Of a DNA stretch of 64,000 bases, positions 24,159-34,936 are shown one piece after another. The position numbers and the translations under genes are program-made. Source of the stretch: Vulcanimicrobiota bacterium (GTDB lineage Bacteria; Vulcanimicrobiota; Vulcanimicrobiia; Eremiobacterales; Eremiobacteraceae); assembly GCA_963812135.1 (NCBI GenBank), contig CAWETU010000001.1, positions 288,001 to 352,000 of the forward strand, given 5' to 3'. Below the pieces are notes generated by a model, which did no database searches, was not told where the DNA came from, and saw nothing but the letters and a program-made list of their open reading frames with translations. The stretch's first letter is position 1. Each line of letters opens with the position of its first letter.

Positions 24159-26018
24159 ATGAGCGACTCAGATTTCGACGTCATCGTCATCGGCGGCGGC
24201 CACGCCGGCTGCGAAGCCGCGCTCGCGGCTGCCCGCATGGGCGTGCGCACGCTGGTCGTGACCGGCAAACTCGAGACGATCGGCTTGATGCCGTGCAATC
24301 CGTCCATCGGCGGACCCGCCAAGGGCCAGCTCGCGCGCGAAGTCGATGCGTTGGGCGGCGAGATGGGCCGTTGCATCGACGACACGTATTTGCACGTACG
24401 CTGGCTCAACGAGAGCCGCGGGCCGGCGGTGCGGGCGTTGCGCGCGCAAGCCGACAAGGTCGCGTATGCGCGCCGCATGCGCGCCGCGCTGGAGGCGCAG
24501 CCGGATCTCGCGTTACTCGAAGCGTTCGTCGTCGATCTTATGACCGATGCGGACGGCGTGAGCGGCGTCGTGCTCGCGGACGGTTCGCTCGTGCGTGCCC
24601 GCCAGGTCGTGCTCTCGGCAGGCACATTCATGAGCGGCAAGCTCTTCGCCGGCGAAAAGAGCAGCGCGGGCGGCCGCATCGGCGAAGCGCCGAGCCTCGG
24701 CTTATCCGACGCGTTGCGCCGGCTCGGATTTCCGACTGTCCGGCTCAAGACCGGCACGCCGCCGCGCGTGCATCGCGACTCGATCGACTTTTCCAAGACG
24801 GAGACGCAGCCGCCAAGTCCGGTGCCGCTCACGTTCTCGTATCGCAGCCGCCCAGCGTTTCCCGGGCCGCAGCTGGCGTGCCACATCACGCACACCGACG
24901 AGCGCACGCACGCGCTCATCCGGGCGAATCTGCACCGCTCTCCGATGTACGGACTCGGAATGATCGAAGGCATTGGTCCGCGCTACTGCCCGTCGATCGA
25001 AGACAAGGTGATGAAGTTCGCGCACAATCCGAGCCATCAGATCTTTCTCGAGCCGGAAGGTTGGGAGACGGCGTGGATCTACGTCGGCGGATTCTCAACG
25101 TCGTTGCCCGAGGACGTGCAGCTCAAAATGTTGCACACGCTGCCCGGACTTGAAAATGCGCAGATGTTGCGCGCAGGCTACGCGGTCGAATACGACGTCG
25201 TGCCGCCGACCGAGTTGCGCGCAACGCTAGAAACCATGCGGGTTTGCGGGCTTTTTCACGCCGGCCAAGTCAACGGCACGTCGGGCTACGAAGAAGCCGC
25301 CGCGCAAGGCATCGCCGCCGGCATCAACGCGGCGCGGCGCGCACAAGGTCGCGCAGCCGTGACGTTCTCGCGCAGCACGTCGTACATCGGCACGCTGGTC
25401 GACGACCTGATCACAAAGGGCGCGCCCGAACCGTATCGCATGCTCTCGTCGCGCGCCGAGTTCCGGCTGCTGCTGCGCCATGACAACGCCGACGAACGCA
25501 TGACGCCGCTCGGCCGCGAGATCGGATTGGTTGACGACTGCGCGTGGTCCGAATTCGAGCAGCGCATCGAAGCGCTCGCACGCGAACGCACGCGCCTTGA
25601 AACCACCAAAGCCGATCCGCCGCTCGCGGCCGCGTGCGACGCCGAACCCGGCATCACGCTCGCGCAGCTGCTGCGCCGGCAAGGCACGGACTATGCGGCC
25701 GTCGCCGGCGCCGGCCGCTTGGGGCCGGAGCTCGGCGAGCGCGTCGTGATCCATCTGCGCTACGAAGGCTACATCAAGCGCCAAGCCTTACAGGTCGAAC
25801 GGCTCGCCAAGGCCGAGAATGCGCCGATCCCCGATGATTTCGACTTTGCCGGTTGCCGCGGGCTCTCGCGCGAGGCGCGCGAGAAGCTGCAGGCGCGGCG
25901 TCCCCGGACGCTCGGCCAAGCCGGCCGGATCCCAGGGGTCAGCCCGGCGGACGTGGCGGTGCTGTCGGTCTTCCTCCACAAGCGCACGGGGTTGGAAACG
26001 CTGGCCGCGGGCGCGTGA
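24159..26018 (+). CDS. mnmG: tRNA uridine-5-carboxymethylaminomethyl modification enzyme MnmG
   Basis: [44 protein letters not shown]. Confidence 0.97.
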   Translation: MSDSDFDVIVIGGGHAGCEAALAAARMGVRTLVVTGKLETIGLMPCNPSIGGPAKGQLAREVDALGGEMGRCIDDTYLHVRWLNESRGPAVRALRAQADKVAYARRMRAALEAQPDLALLEAFVVDLMTDADGVSGVVLADGSLVRARQVVLSAGTFMSGKLFAGEKSSAGGRIGEAPSLGLSDALRRLGFPTVRLKTGTPPRVHRDSIDFSKTETQPPSPVPLTFSYRSRPAFPGPQLACHITHTDERTHALIRANLHRSPMYGLGMIEGIGPRYCPSIEDKVMKFAHNPSHQIFLEPEGWETAWIYVGGFSTSLPEDVQLKMLHTLPGLENAQMLRAGYAVEYDVVPPTELRATLETMRVCGLFHAGQVNGTSGYEEAAAQGIAAGINAARRAQGRAAVTFSRSTSYIGTLVDDLITKGAPEPYRMLSSRAEFRLLLRHDNADERMTPLGREIGLVDDCAWSEFEQRIEALARERTRLETTKADPPLAAACDAEPGITLAQLLRRQGTDYAAVAGAGRLGPELGERVVIHLRYEGYIKRQALQVERLAKAENAPIPDDFDFAGCRGLSREAREKLQARRPRTLGQAGRIPGVSPADVAVLSVFLHKRTGLETLAAGA

Positions 26019-26674
26019 ACGACGCGGCTCGCGAAAGGCTTGAGCGCGGGCTCGAGCAGCTCGGTTTTGCCGAGCCCCAACGGCTCGCCGGCCGGCTGAC
26101 CGAATTCTCGGAGCTGTTGCTGGCGGCGAACCGAGAGACCAATCTGGTCGGCGCCAAGAGCCTTGACGAGCTGGTGGGCCCCCATCTGCTCGACAGCCTC
26201 GCGCCGCTTGCCGGCCAAACATTGGAAGGCCCGGTCTTCGACGTCGGCAGCGGTGCCGGGCTGCCAGGGATCCCCGCAGCGCTTGCCTGGCCCGCGCAAC
26301 CCTTCGTCCTACTCGAACCGCGCGCCAAACGCGCCAAATTCCTCGCGGGGGCGGTCGAGGCGCTTCGCCTGCAGAATGCCGAGGTCAAGCAGCTCTCCGC
26401 ATCCTCGGCGGCCGCGGCTGGTCTCGCGAAGCAGGCGGGCACGCTGCTCGTGCGAGCGCTCGCGAAGCCGGCTGTCGCGCTCGCCGCCTCGTTGCCGTTG
26501 CTGGCGCCGGGGGGTCGGCTCTTCTTGTACACCGGGCGTCAGGCCAGGCCGACCGACGGCGAGATGCGGATCATCCGCGATGGCGGTGGGTGGCTCGTAG
26601 AGGCCCGCCACGTCGAGGTTCCGTACCTTGACGCCCAGCGCCATATCTGGATCGTTACCAGACCGCCCGGGTAA
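26015..26674 (+). CDS. rsmG: 16S rRNA m7G527 methyltransferase
   Basis: GTG overlaps the mnmG stop; [25 protein letters not shown]. Confidence 0.93.
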   Translation: MNDAARERLERGLEQLGFAEPQRLAGRLTEFSELLLAANRETNLVGAKSLDELVGPHLLDSLAPLAGQTLEGPVFDVGSGAGLPGIPAALAWPAQPFVLLEPRAKRAKFLAGAVEALRLQNAEVKQLSASSAAAAGLAKQAGTLLVRALAKPAVALAASLPLLAPGGRLFLYTGRQARPTDGEMRIIRDGGGWLVEARHVEVPYLDAQRHIWIVTRPPG

Positions 26675-26722
26675 GCCGGAGCCACCTAGGGCCGGGTCGA
26701 CCGCTCGAAGGACGCTTGGAAT

Positions 26723-26738
26723 TGTTTCACGTGGAGCA
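26723..26738. promoter_or_regulatory. parS centromere-like site
   Basis: TGTTTCACGTGGAGCA, two mismatches to palindrome TGTTTCACGTGAAACA; intergenic, near oriC and parAB. Confidence 0.8.
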
Positions 26739-26759
26739 TTTTGTCGGGGGCATGAGCCG

Positions 26760-28166
26760 TTGACGCATGAACCGCCTCCGGTTGAGGCGTTGCTCGTTCG
26801 TGCCCTCCATGACGCCGGCGTTTTTGCCGTCGGCGGAAGCGTGCGGGACTCGATCTTAGCCGAGCTCGGCGGTCCCCAACCCCGGCAACCGGATTTGGAC
26901 TACCTCGTGACCGGACTTCCGCTCGAGGCCATTTTGGAGCGCCTGCGGCCCTACGGGCGAGCCGAGGTGGTCGGCGCTTCCTTTGGAGTCATCAAGTTCA
27001 CCCTCGACGGCCAAACCGTGGATATAGCCCTGCCTCGGCGCGAGCGCTCCACAGGCCCCCATCACCGCGATTTCGAGGTGGAGTCAGCGCCCGACATCCC
27101 GCTCGAGGAAGACCTCGGACGCCGTGATTTTCGCATCAACATGATGGCGCGGGATGTCCGCACGGGGGCGGTGGTCGACCCCCATGGCGGCCGCGCGGAC
27201 CTCGAGAACAGAAGGCTTGACGCCCCGCGCGCCGAGGCGTTCGATGAGGACCCGCTGCGCATTCTACGCGGTGCGCAATTCGCGGCTCGGTTCGGGCTTA
27301 CGCCCACGCCCAGCACGCTCAAAGCCATGCGCGACGCGGCTGAGCTCGTGCCGACCGTGGCGCCCGAACGCATCGCCGACGAGCTGACCAAGCTCTTCAC
27401 GCTCGCCGCCCAACCGAGCGTCGGCCTGGAGCTGCTGCGTGAGAGCGGCGCGCTGGCCCATGTCATGCCGGAACTGCTCGAGGGCTGGCAGGTCGAGCAG
27501 AACCAGTTCCACGCCCACACCGTGTACTACCATAGCCTCCAAGCATGCGACGCCGCGCCGCCCGATCTCGTGTTGCGGCTGGCCGCGCTGCTCCACGACG
27601 TGGGCAAGCCGCGGACGAAAGAAGGCCCTCATTTCTACGGCCATCAGCAGGTCGGCGAAGGCATGGCGCGCCAGCTGCTCGGGCGGCTGCGCTTCAGCGG
27701 CGACGTGATCGATCGCGTCGCCCGCCTCATCGCCAACCACATGTATTCGACCGCCGACGTCATCACGGATGCCGGCATCCGGCGCTTCATCCGCCGGGTC
27801 GGCCCGGCGCATGTCGACGATCTCTTCAAGCTGCGCCACGCCGACGTCATCGCGAGCGGTCTCCCGCCCCATGACCACGGCGAGAACGAGCGGTTCGAAC
27901 GCCGCGTCGCGACGATGCTTCACGCGAGCCCGCCGCTCTCCGAGGGCGATCTGTTCATCGACGGCGACGACGTGATCGCGATGATGCGCGAGCTCGGCCT
28001 TGTCGGGCGGGAGTTTCGCGGTGATGAGCGGGTCGGCGCGACGTTGCGCGCGTGTCTGGAAGAGGTGCTCGAAAACCCCGCTTGCAATGACCGCGAGACT
28101 CTGCTGAACGTGGCGCGGGCATTTCTAGTCGCCCACAATGGACCGCAAAGCGGGACGAATGGCTAA
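26760..28166 (+). CDS. cca: CCA tRNA nucleotidyltransferase with HD domain
   Basis: AVGGSVRD, DLD, RRERS..HHRDF, DLGRRDFRIN, EDPLRILR, LLHDVGK; start approximate (TTG 26760). Confidence 0.88.
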   Translation: MTHEPPPVEALLVRALHDAGVFAVGGSVRDSILAELGGPQPRQPDLDYLVTGLPLEAILERLRPYGRAEVVGASFGVIKFTLDGQTVDIALPRRERSTGPHHRDFEVESAPDIPLEEDLGRRDFRINMMARDVRTGAVVDPHGGRADLENRRLDAPRAEAFDEDPLRILRGAQFAARFGLTPTPSTLKAMRDAAELVPTVAPERIADELTKLFTLAAQPSVGLELLRESGALAHVMPELLEGWQVEQNQFHAHTVYYHSLQACDAAPPDLVLRLAALLHDVGKPRTKEGPHFYGHQQVGEGMARQLLGRLRFSGDVIDRVARLIANHMYSTADVITDAGIRRFIRRVGPAHVDDLFKLRHADVIASGLPPHDHGENERFERRVATMLHASPPLSEGDLFIDGDDVIAMMRELGLVGREFRGDERVGATLRACLEEVLENPACNDRETLLNVARAFLVAHNGPQSGTNG

Positions 28167-28944
28167 GCGTAAACCGAATAGCGGGACAAATCGGGTCATC
28201 GCCATCGCAAATCAAAAAGGCGGGGTCGGCAAGACGACGACTGCGGTCAATCTTTCCGCGGCGCTCGCGCGCCGCGGTCGTCGCGTCTTGTTGGTCGACA
28301 TCGATCCGCAGGGAAACTCGACGACGGCGCTCGGCGTCGAAAAGACGCGCGTCGAGCGTTGCATCTACGACGTGTTGCTCAAGAGCGCCAGCCTCAGCGA
28401 TGCCACCATCGAGTCGGGCGTCGAAAACTTGCGCCTCGTGCCAGCGACGCTGAACCTTGCCGGCGCGGAGATCGAGCTCGTCTCTGCGCTGTCGCGAGAA
28501 CAGCGCCTGCGCAACGCATTGCGCAGTGCGCGCCAGTCGTACGATGAGATCATCATCGACTGCCCGCCGTCGCTCGGCTTGCTGACGCTGAACGCGCTCA
28601 CCGCCGCGGAGTGGCTGATCGTGCCGGTGCAGGCCGAGTATCTCGCGCTCGAAGGTCTAGGCCAGCTCACGCGCGTCATCGAGCTGGTGCGCACGCACCT
28701 CAATGAAGATCTGCGCATCATGGGAGTCCTCATCACGATGTACGACGGACGCACGAATCTCGCGACGCAAGTCGTCGCCGAAGTGGAGAACTATTTTCCG
28801 GGCGAGGTGTTCGCGACGCGCATCCCGCGCACGGTGCGGCTATCGGAGGCGCCCTCGTACGGCGCGCCGATCGCCACCTTCGACCCCAAGAGCAAGGGCG
28901 CGGCCGCGTACGCGGCGCTCGCCGAAGAGGTGTTGGCACGATGA
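28159..28944 (+). CDS. parA: ParA/Soj ATPase
   Basis: NQKGGVGKTTT, DIDPQGN, IDCPPSLGLL, RLSEAPSYG. Confidence 0.96.
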   Translation: MAKRKPNSGTNRVIAIANQKGGVGKTTTAVNLSAALARRGRRVLLVDIDPQGNSTTALGVEKTRVERCIYDVLLKSASLSDATIESGVENLRLVPATLNLAGAEIELVSALSREQRLRNALRSARQSYDEIIIDCPPSLGLLTLNALTAAEWLIVPVQAEYLALEGLGQLTRVIELVRTHLNEDLRIMGVLITMYDGRTNLATQVVAEVENYFPGEVFATRIPRTVRLSEAPSYGAPIATFDPKSKGAAAYAALAEEVLAR

Positions 28945-29810
28945 GCAAACCGCGAGGCCTCGGACGCGGGCTCGGCGCGTTGTTCCCAGGCGCGAACTCC
29001 CAAGAACGCCCCGCAGGCGCGCGCACCGTCATCCCGATCGCGTTGGCCGACATCGCGCCCAACGCGCACCAGCCGCGGCGCGCATTCCATGCAAGCGAGC
29101 TCGACTCGCTCGCGCAATCCATCAAGGCGAACGGCGTTCTCGCGCCGGTGCTCGTGCGACCCAAACGAGACGGCCCTGCGCACTACGAGCTCATCGCAGG
29201 CGAACGCCGTTGGCGCGCCGCCAAGCTCGCCGGTCTGCGCACGATCCCAGCGCTCGTGCGCGACGCAAAAGACGGTCAAGCGATCGAGCTGGCGCTGCTC
29301 GAGAACCTGCAGCGCGCCGATCTCAATCCGATCGAAGAAGCGGCCGGCTATCGCCAACTCGTCGCGGAATATGATTTCACGCAAGAGATGCTGGCGCAGC
29401 GGCTCGGAAAAAGCCGGCCGGCGGTCGCCAACGCGCTGCGCCTGCTCTCGTTACCAGACTCGGTGCAGGCCTTTGTGCGCGACGGAAAACTTTCCGGGGG
29501 CCACGCGCGCGCATTAGCCGCTTTGCCCGGGCCAAAGGCGGAGCGTCTCGCGCGCGAGGCCGTCGCCAAGGGATGGAGCGTGCGCGATATCGAGCGTGCC
29601 GCGCTGCATGCCGGCGGCAAGGCCCCGCGCACAAAACCCGTCAGCGCGTTGCCACCCGACTTGGCCGAGGTCGAGAACCGCTTGCGTTTCGCGCTCGCGA
29701 CGCGCGTGACGTTGCGGCGCGCCGCGCACGGTGGAACGCTCGAGATCCAGTACGCCGATGACGACGAGCTGCAACGCATCGTCGATCGCATCTGTCCGGA
29801 GGAAACGTGA
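28941..29810 (+). CDS. parB: ParB/Spo0J partition protein
   Basis: RGLGRGLGAL, QPRRAF, IAGERRWRAA, ENLQRADLNPIEEA, HTH LGKSRPAVANALRLL. Confidence 0.96.
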   Translation: MSKPRGLGRGLGALFPGANSQERPAGARTVIPIALADIAPNAHQPRRAFHASELDSLAQSIKANGVLAPVLVRPKRDGPAHYELIAGERRWRAAKLAGLRTIPALVRDAKDGQAIELALLENLQRADLNPIEEAAGYRQLVAEYDFTQEMLAQRLGKSRPAVANALRLLSLPDSVQAFVRDGKLSGGHARALAALPGPKAERLAREAVAKGWSVRDIERAALHAGGKAPRTKPVSALPPDLAEVENRLRFALATRVTLRRAAHGGTLEIQYADDDELQRIVDRICPEET

Positions 29811-30623
29811 GAATCCCACACATCATCGCTCTCGGCGCGCTTGCGCTGGCGCTCGCCGGCGCAGCGCCGACGCCGCGGCCTACCGCCGATCCGGGCGCTC
29901 TCCAAGCGGTGACGCAATACGTCGCCGCGCTCTCGCACGCAGATTATGCCGCAGCATACGGCTTACTGACATCGGCGCAACAGCGCTACTTCGGCGATGT
30001 GAACAACTTCGCATCCAATTCGCGCTCGACGAAGTACGTGATCCACAAGTACTCGATCATCGGCTCGCTGTCGCACGGCAACGTCGTCGAGGCGATCGTG
30101 CGCCAGGAGACCTCGTTCGTCAACCTCGCGACCGGCGGTCGAGTCGATGGCTCCGTGCGCGAGCCATTCTTCGCGCTGCGCGAAAACGGCGCGTGGCGGG
30201 TGAAACAGCTCTCGCAGCCGTGGAAAGCGTACGCCGTCGGCACGTCCGGGAGCGCGCAAGGCGTTGAGGTGACCGTCTATCGTGTCGAATTCTACGACAA
30301 GCGGATCGAGGTGGATTGCACGATCCGCAACGGTAGTAAAACGGCGGTGCAAGTGCTGCCGCTTGGCAAGAGCGTGCTCGACGATGGCGCGAACAAAGTC
30401 CCGGCGATGAACGAACGCGAGCTTCCCGCTCAACGACGTCGGGTTCTTCGAGGGATTTCGGCTGCCGCCAGGCCAGCAGCGAGCGGGGTTCATCAACTTC
30501 TCCGTGTCGCAGCGCCAGGACGCCGATCAGACGTTCACGCTGACCGTCGCGCCCGCGATTTTCGACGGCGCCGAGCAGACGTTTAGCGTGGTCGTGGGGC
30601 CGATGCAGCTCAAGAAGTTATGA
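29807..30623 (+). CDS. Exported hypothetical protein (NTF2-like plus Ig-like domains), apparent frameshift near 30415
   Basis: Signal peptide; GTG overlaps the parB stop; after MN the +1 frame continues FPLNDVGFFEGFRLPPGQQRAGFINF...GPMQLKKL* with coding-like codons. Confidence 0.6.
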
Positions 30624-30807
30624 TTTCGACGGCCCGCAAGGCGGTCCGGCGGGCGGGCCACGCTTCCGGAGGATATGCTCGGCAGCCCTTCGAACCGCCC
30701 CGCTGAACCGGTCACATCACGCAACGCGCGGTCGAGCCACTACGAGGCGCTGCACGGACGTGTTGCTTCTTTATCCGGCCGGCGGTTTGCACGAAAGAGG
30801 GCTTGCG

Positions 30808-31254
30808 ATGCAAGTTATGCGGCGAACGTTTGTTACGCTTGGCGCGGTGGCTATTCTCGGCCTTGTGGGTTGCGGCGGCCTGGGCGTGAACATCGGATCG
30901 GGCTCGTCGCGAGCTTCGAGCCTCGTGAACCTCGTTTCTATCCAAGTGCAAAGCGGCCCGAACATCCCGACCGTGAGTCGTACCGGATTCCTCCGGATGG
31001 TCGCGATCGCATACTACGTGTTCGGCGGCCAGAATTACGTGTCGGCGACCCAGGGCGCGACGTGGACGATTACTGATGCGGCGGGGGTAAAAGCCGCGTT
31101 GTTCAACGGCGACTGCATTACGCCGTATACACCGGGCACAGTGATGCAGAACGTCTGCGTGTTCGGCGGGGGGACGACCGGCGGAGCTGGGACGGCGACG
31201 CTCAAAGCCACCGTTGCGGGCAACACCGGCACCGTTACCGTGACCGTGCAATAA
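30808..31254 (+). CDS. Hypothetical lipoprotein with Ig-like (Big_2-like) features
   Basis: RBS AAGAGG; MQVMRR..LGLVGC lipobox; ATW..GTATLKATVAGNTGTVTVTVQ. Confidence 0.65.
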   Translation: MQVMRRTFVTLGAVAILGLVGCGGLGVNIGSGSSRASSLVNLVSIQVQSGPNIPTVSRTGFLRMVAIAYYVFGGQNYVSATQGATWTITDAAGVKAALFNGDCITPYTPGTVMQNVCVFGGGTTGGAGTATLKATVAGNTGTVTVTVQ

Positions 31255-31279
31255 TTTCAAGGCACCTAGCAGATAGCAG

Positions 31280-31308
31280 GGGCCGGCGCAGACCGGCCTC
31301 TTTCTTTC
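31280..31308 (+). terminator. Probable intrinsic terminator
   Basis: GGGGCCGG-cgcaga-CCGGCCTC followed by TTTCTTT. Confidence 0.55.
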
Positions 31309-31341
31309 TCCGACAAATATGATAAGCGTACGCAGCCGCAG

Positions 31342-33111
31342 ATGATTCTCGCAACACTCCTCGCGCTCGCCGTTAGTGCGACGGCCGCCTCCTCGCCGGC
31401 GCCAAGCCTTGGTCCCACTACGCCCACGACGCCCGCGGCGACCGCGCCGGCGTCACCCACCGCATCGCCCCGGGCCGCGACACCAACGCCAACAGCATCG
31501 CCGTCGCCGACGCCGGTTCCGACGCCGGTGCATCCGGCGAGTGTTGTCGTGTTATGGCATCTCGGCGCGGCAACATCCGCCGATGCGAGCGTGCGCGCCG
31601 CCGCTATCGGGTTGTTAGCGCCGGACACGATCGGTTCGCTCGAGCGGGCATTGCGGGCCCATCCGCGCGCGCGTTTCTCTTTGGCGATCGATGCAGGGGC
31701 GCTGGACGGTCTCGCACGCGCCGCCGCCGGCGACAGCGCATTGCAGACCATGCTCGGCGGCCATCTCGTCGGCGGCGCGCGCAACGATCTCTTGCGCGTG
31801 CTCGCGCAAGTGCCGGTCCTCGACCCGCACATAGCCGCAACCACCGCGATGCAGCGCTATCGCAAGCTCGCCGCCGCCGTGCCGGTGGCGCTCGGTCCAG
31901 CGCATGCGACGTCGTTCAGCAACGGAGACTTCGTCGATATCGTCGGATTTGGCGCGCTCGTCCGCCTCGCCGCCGCCGGCGAATTGCCGGCGAACGCATC
32001 ACAGCTGCAGAAGATGCACTTGACCGACGCCGAGGCGCTTGCGGATGTGAACGAGCTGGCAGCCGCCGACCGCGCGACGCTCGACGGGTTGAAGGAATTG
32101 GCCACCGCCGGTCAGCTCGAGCTCGTCGCCGATCCTGCGGGCGAGCCGATTCTTCCGCTGCTTATCGATGGCGGCGGGAGAAGCGGGTCGAACGTCGTGC
32201 ACGTCGACGCGGCTGCTGACGCCGGCGCATTGGTCGAAGCCGCGTTCCGCACCAACGGCGCGTATCAAGCGGGCACGTTGGGAGTGTACTCGCCGCACGG
32301 CGCGTACGACGACATGACCGCGACGCTGCTCGAGCAGCATCACGCCGCCTATGCGCTGTTCTCCGATCGCGTGCCGCGGTCGTCGCCCATCGGGGGTTCG
32401 CGCGAAGCGGTCGCCGCCGCCGACGCCGCCGCGTTTCATGCCTATGCGGTGCGCGCCGCCGCCGGTCCGCCGTTAGCCGCTTTGTTTTGGAGCCAAGACG
32501 AGAGCGCCGCGCTGAGCGTGCTCGCGCCCAAGCTTCCGCCCGGCGCGATGGGCGGCCGCGTGCTGGAGCTGGCGAACATCGCGGGCGCGCGCGGCGGCGA
32601 CGGTTCGATCATCGTGTTGCGCGTCGAGGCGGATGGGCTTTGGAATCGACGGGCCGATCGCGCGCGCGTGATCGACGAGCTCGCTGCGGATCTCGGATCC
32701 GGCAAGGTGCCGTCGGTCACCATCGGCCAATTCGTGCGCGCGCGTCCGCCGTCGCTCATCTCGTACGGCTTTGCGCCTGCCGCTGACGAGGGCGGTCTGA
32801 CCTATTGGATGGGCACGTTCAACCAGGCCAAGATGTGGACCGCGCTTGGCGATGCCCGGCGCGCCGCGGGCGGCGACGCCGCGCTCGCGCGCGAAGCGAC
32901 GCGTTCTGCGCTTTTCGAAGCCGAAGCATCGCATTGGTATGCGGTGCCCAACCTGATCGGCGCGCCCGGCGAGATCGACCGGCTCATGGACGAGTTCCGT
33001 CAGGTCATCGGTAGGATCTACCAAAGCGCCGGCAAGCAGGTGCCGCCGAACATCGCGCCGCTGACCCCGGAAGCGCCCACGCCCTCGCCGAGACCACGGT
33101 CAAGCCCGTGA
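31342..33111 (+). CDS. Exported GH57-like protein, catalytic motifs degenerate
   Basis: Signal peptide and PT/PS linker; VVLWHL, GQLELV..EPILPLL, YWMG and FEAEASHWY resemble GH57 amylopullulanase segments. Confidence 0.6.
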   Translation: MILATLLALAVSATAASSPAPSLGPTTPTTPAATAPASPTASPRAATPTPTASPSPTPVPTPVHPASVVVLWHLGAATSADASVRAAAIGLLAPDTIGSLERALRAHPRARFSLAIDAGALDGLARAAAGDSALQTMLGGHLVGGARNDLLRVLAQVPVLDPHIAATTAMQRYRKLAAAVPVALGPAHATSFSNGDFVDIVGFGALVRLAAAGELPANASQLQKMHLTDAEALADVNELAAADRATLDGLKELATAGQLELVADPAGEPILPLLIDGGGRSGSNVVHVDAAADAGALVEAAFRTNGAYQAGTLGVYSPHGAYDDMTATLLEQHHAAYALFSDRVPRSSPIGGSREAVAAADAAAFHAYAVRAAAGPPLAALFWSQDESAALSVLAPKLPPGAMGGRVLELANIAGARGGDGSIIVLRVEADGLWNRRADRARVIDELAADLGSGKVPSVTIGQFVRARPPSLISYGFAPAADEGGLTYWMGTFNQAKMWTALGDARRAAGGDAALAREATRSALFEAEASHWYAVPNLIGAPGEIDRLMDEFRQVIGRIYQSAGKQVPPNIAPLTPEAPTPSPRPRSSP

Positions 33112-33125
33112 GACCCAAACGGGTG

Positions 33126-33156
33126 TTCTCCACAGAGCCTGTGAATATGTGGATAA
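33126..33156. promoter_or_regulatory. Isolated DnaA-box cluster
   Basis: TTCTCCACA (33126), TGTGAATAT (33140) and perfect TGTGGATAA (33148) in a short intergenic gap. Confidence 0.65.
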
Positions 33157-33163
33157 CGTCGTC

Positions 33164-33943
33164 GTGAAGCGCAAAACCCTTAACAAAAGCCCCTTGATCT
33201 GCAGCATTGGATCGACCGATCCGACCAATGCCGCCGGAATTGGCCGCGACCTCCTCATCTACGAGCGCCTGGGGGCTCGGGGTGCGCTGGCGATCGCTGC
33301 TGTCACCGCCCAAAACCGCGAACGTGTGGCAGAGGTCTATCCGCTGCCCCCGCGCGCGTTGCGCAACCAGCTCGACGCGGTCGTGCAAGAGCAACGCCCG
33401 GATGCATTGCGCATTGGGTTGCTGCCGGACGCACCGCTGATCGCGGTGGTCGCCCGCTTCTTGCGTGCGCAGCGCTCGAAGCCGCCATCGGTTCTTGATC
33501 CAGTGATCACGTCATCGTCGGGCCATCGCTTCTTAGGCGCCGCGGAGCTTGGCGCGCTCGAAGGCTTATTGCCGCTCGTCACCCTCGTGACGCCGAACGC
33601 AGCCGAGGCGCAGGCCCTGAGCGGCATCCGCGTCCGCAGCATCGCAGATGCCGAACGCGCGGCGATCCGCTTGCGCGAGCGCGGCTGCGCGGTGCTGGTC
33701 ACGGGCGGCCACCTCAAGGGCAAGGAGATCGTCGACGTTCTCGCCGACGCGCAGGGCGTCGTCCATTTTCGCGGCACTCGTATCGTTTCGCGCATGCGCG
33801 GCACGGGCTGCACGCTTGCGGCGGCGATCGCGGTCTATCTCGCGCGCGGCATGCAGCTGCGGCCCGCGATCGTGCGCGCGCGCGATGTCGTGCGGCGCGA
33901 GTTGGAGGCGCACCGCCCAAGGCGGGTTAAGGGACGCGCATGA
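33164..33943 (+). CDS. thiD: Hydroxymethylpyrimidine/phosphomethylpyrimidine kinase
   Basis: SIGSTDPTNAAGIGRDL, TAQN, VLDPV, VTPNAAEA, VTGGH, RGTGCTLAAAIA. Confidence 0.9.
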   Translation: MKRKTLNKSPLICSIGSTDPTNAAGIGRDLLIYERLGARGALAIAAVTAQNRERVAEVYPLPPRALRNQLDAVVQEQRPDALRIGLLPDAPLIAVVARFLRAQRSKPPSVLDPVITSSSGHRFLGAAELGALEGLLPLVTLVTPNAAEAQALSGIRVRSIADAERAAIRLRERGCAVLVTGGHLKGKEIVDVLADAQGVVHFRGTRIVSRMRGTGCTLAAAIAVYLARGMQLRPAIVRARDVVRRELEAHRPRRVKGRA

Positions 33944-34936
33944 GTCCTGTCGCCGCGGCCAAACGCAAGCGCATCATGGCCGGCATCCGCGCCTCGGGCA
34001 AACTGCACGTCGGCCACTGGCTTGGCGCGCTTCAGAACTTCGTCGCGTTGAGCAAAGACAATGACTGCTTCTATGAGATCGCGGATCTGCACGCGCTCAC
34101 GACCAACTACGCCCGCAGCGGAGAGATCCGCGAATCCGTCCGCGATGTCGCGCTGGGCTTTCTCGCCGCGGGGCTAGACCCGCAGCGCTGCACGATGTTC
34201 GTGCAATCGCGCGTTCCCGAGATCAGCGAACTCGCGGTGCTGCTCTCCATGATCACGCCGGTCTCGTGGCTCGAACGGGTGCCTACCTACAAAGACCAGA
34301 TCGCCGCGCTCGGCAGCGAGATCGCGACGCATGGCTTTCTCGGCTATCCGGTGCTGCAGACGGTGGACATCATCGCATTTCGGGGAGAGGCGGTGCCGGT
34401 CGGTCAGGACCAGCTGCCCCACTTGGAGCTGTGCCGCGAGATCGTGCGCCGCTTCAATCATCTGTACGGTCAAGTGCTCGCTGAACCGGCAGCCGTGTTG
34501 TCGACCTTCCCCGCCGTCCCCGGCACCGACGGGCGCAAGATGAGCAAGTCGTACAACAACAGCATCCTCCTCGCCGACAGCGAGGCCGAGACGACCGCCA
34601 AAGTCAAAGAGATGTACACCGACCCGACCAAGATCCGCAAGAGCGATCCCGGCCATCCCGAGATCTGTCCGGTCTTTTTCTTCCAGCAGACGTTCAACGC
34701 GTCCAACGCGATGGACATCGCGCACCGCTGCCGCACCGGTCAGCTGGGTTGCGTCGAAGACAAAGCCGACATGGCGGTGCATCTCAACGCCGCATTGCGG
34801 CCGCTGCGCGAGCGCCGGCGCGAACTGGAATCGAAGCCCGGTTATCTGGAAGAAGTGCTCGAGGACGGCACTCGCCGCGCGCGAGAAGTCGCGGCTAAAA
34901 CACTCGCGGAGGTCAGAAAGGCGATTGGCTCTGTGA
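33940..34936 (+). CDS. trpS: Tryptophanyl-tRNA synthetase (natural end probably near 34936; as assembled the frame reads on to 35202)
   Basis: HVGH, VPVGQDQLPH, KMSKS, C..G..GCVEDK; typical end EVRKAIG followed by an out-of-frame TGA. Confidence 0.93.

Noticed and set aside
31396..31530. ACGCC/CCG quasi-repeats
   Set aside because: Encodes a Pro/Thr/Ala linker; not a CRISPR array or DNA repeat
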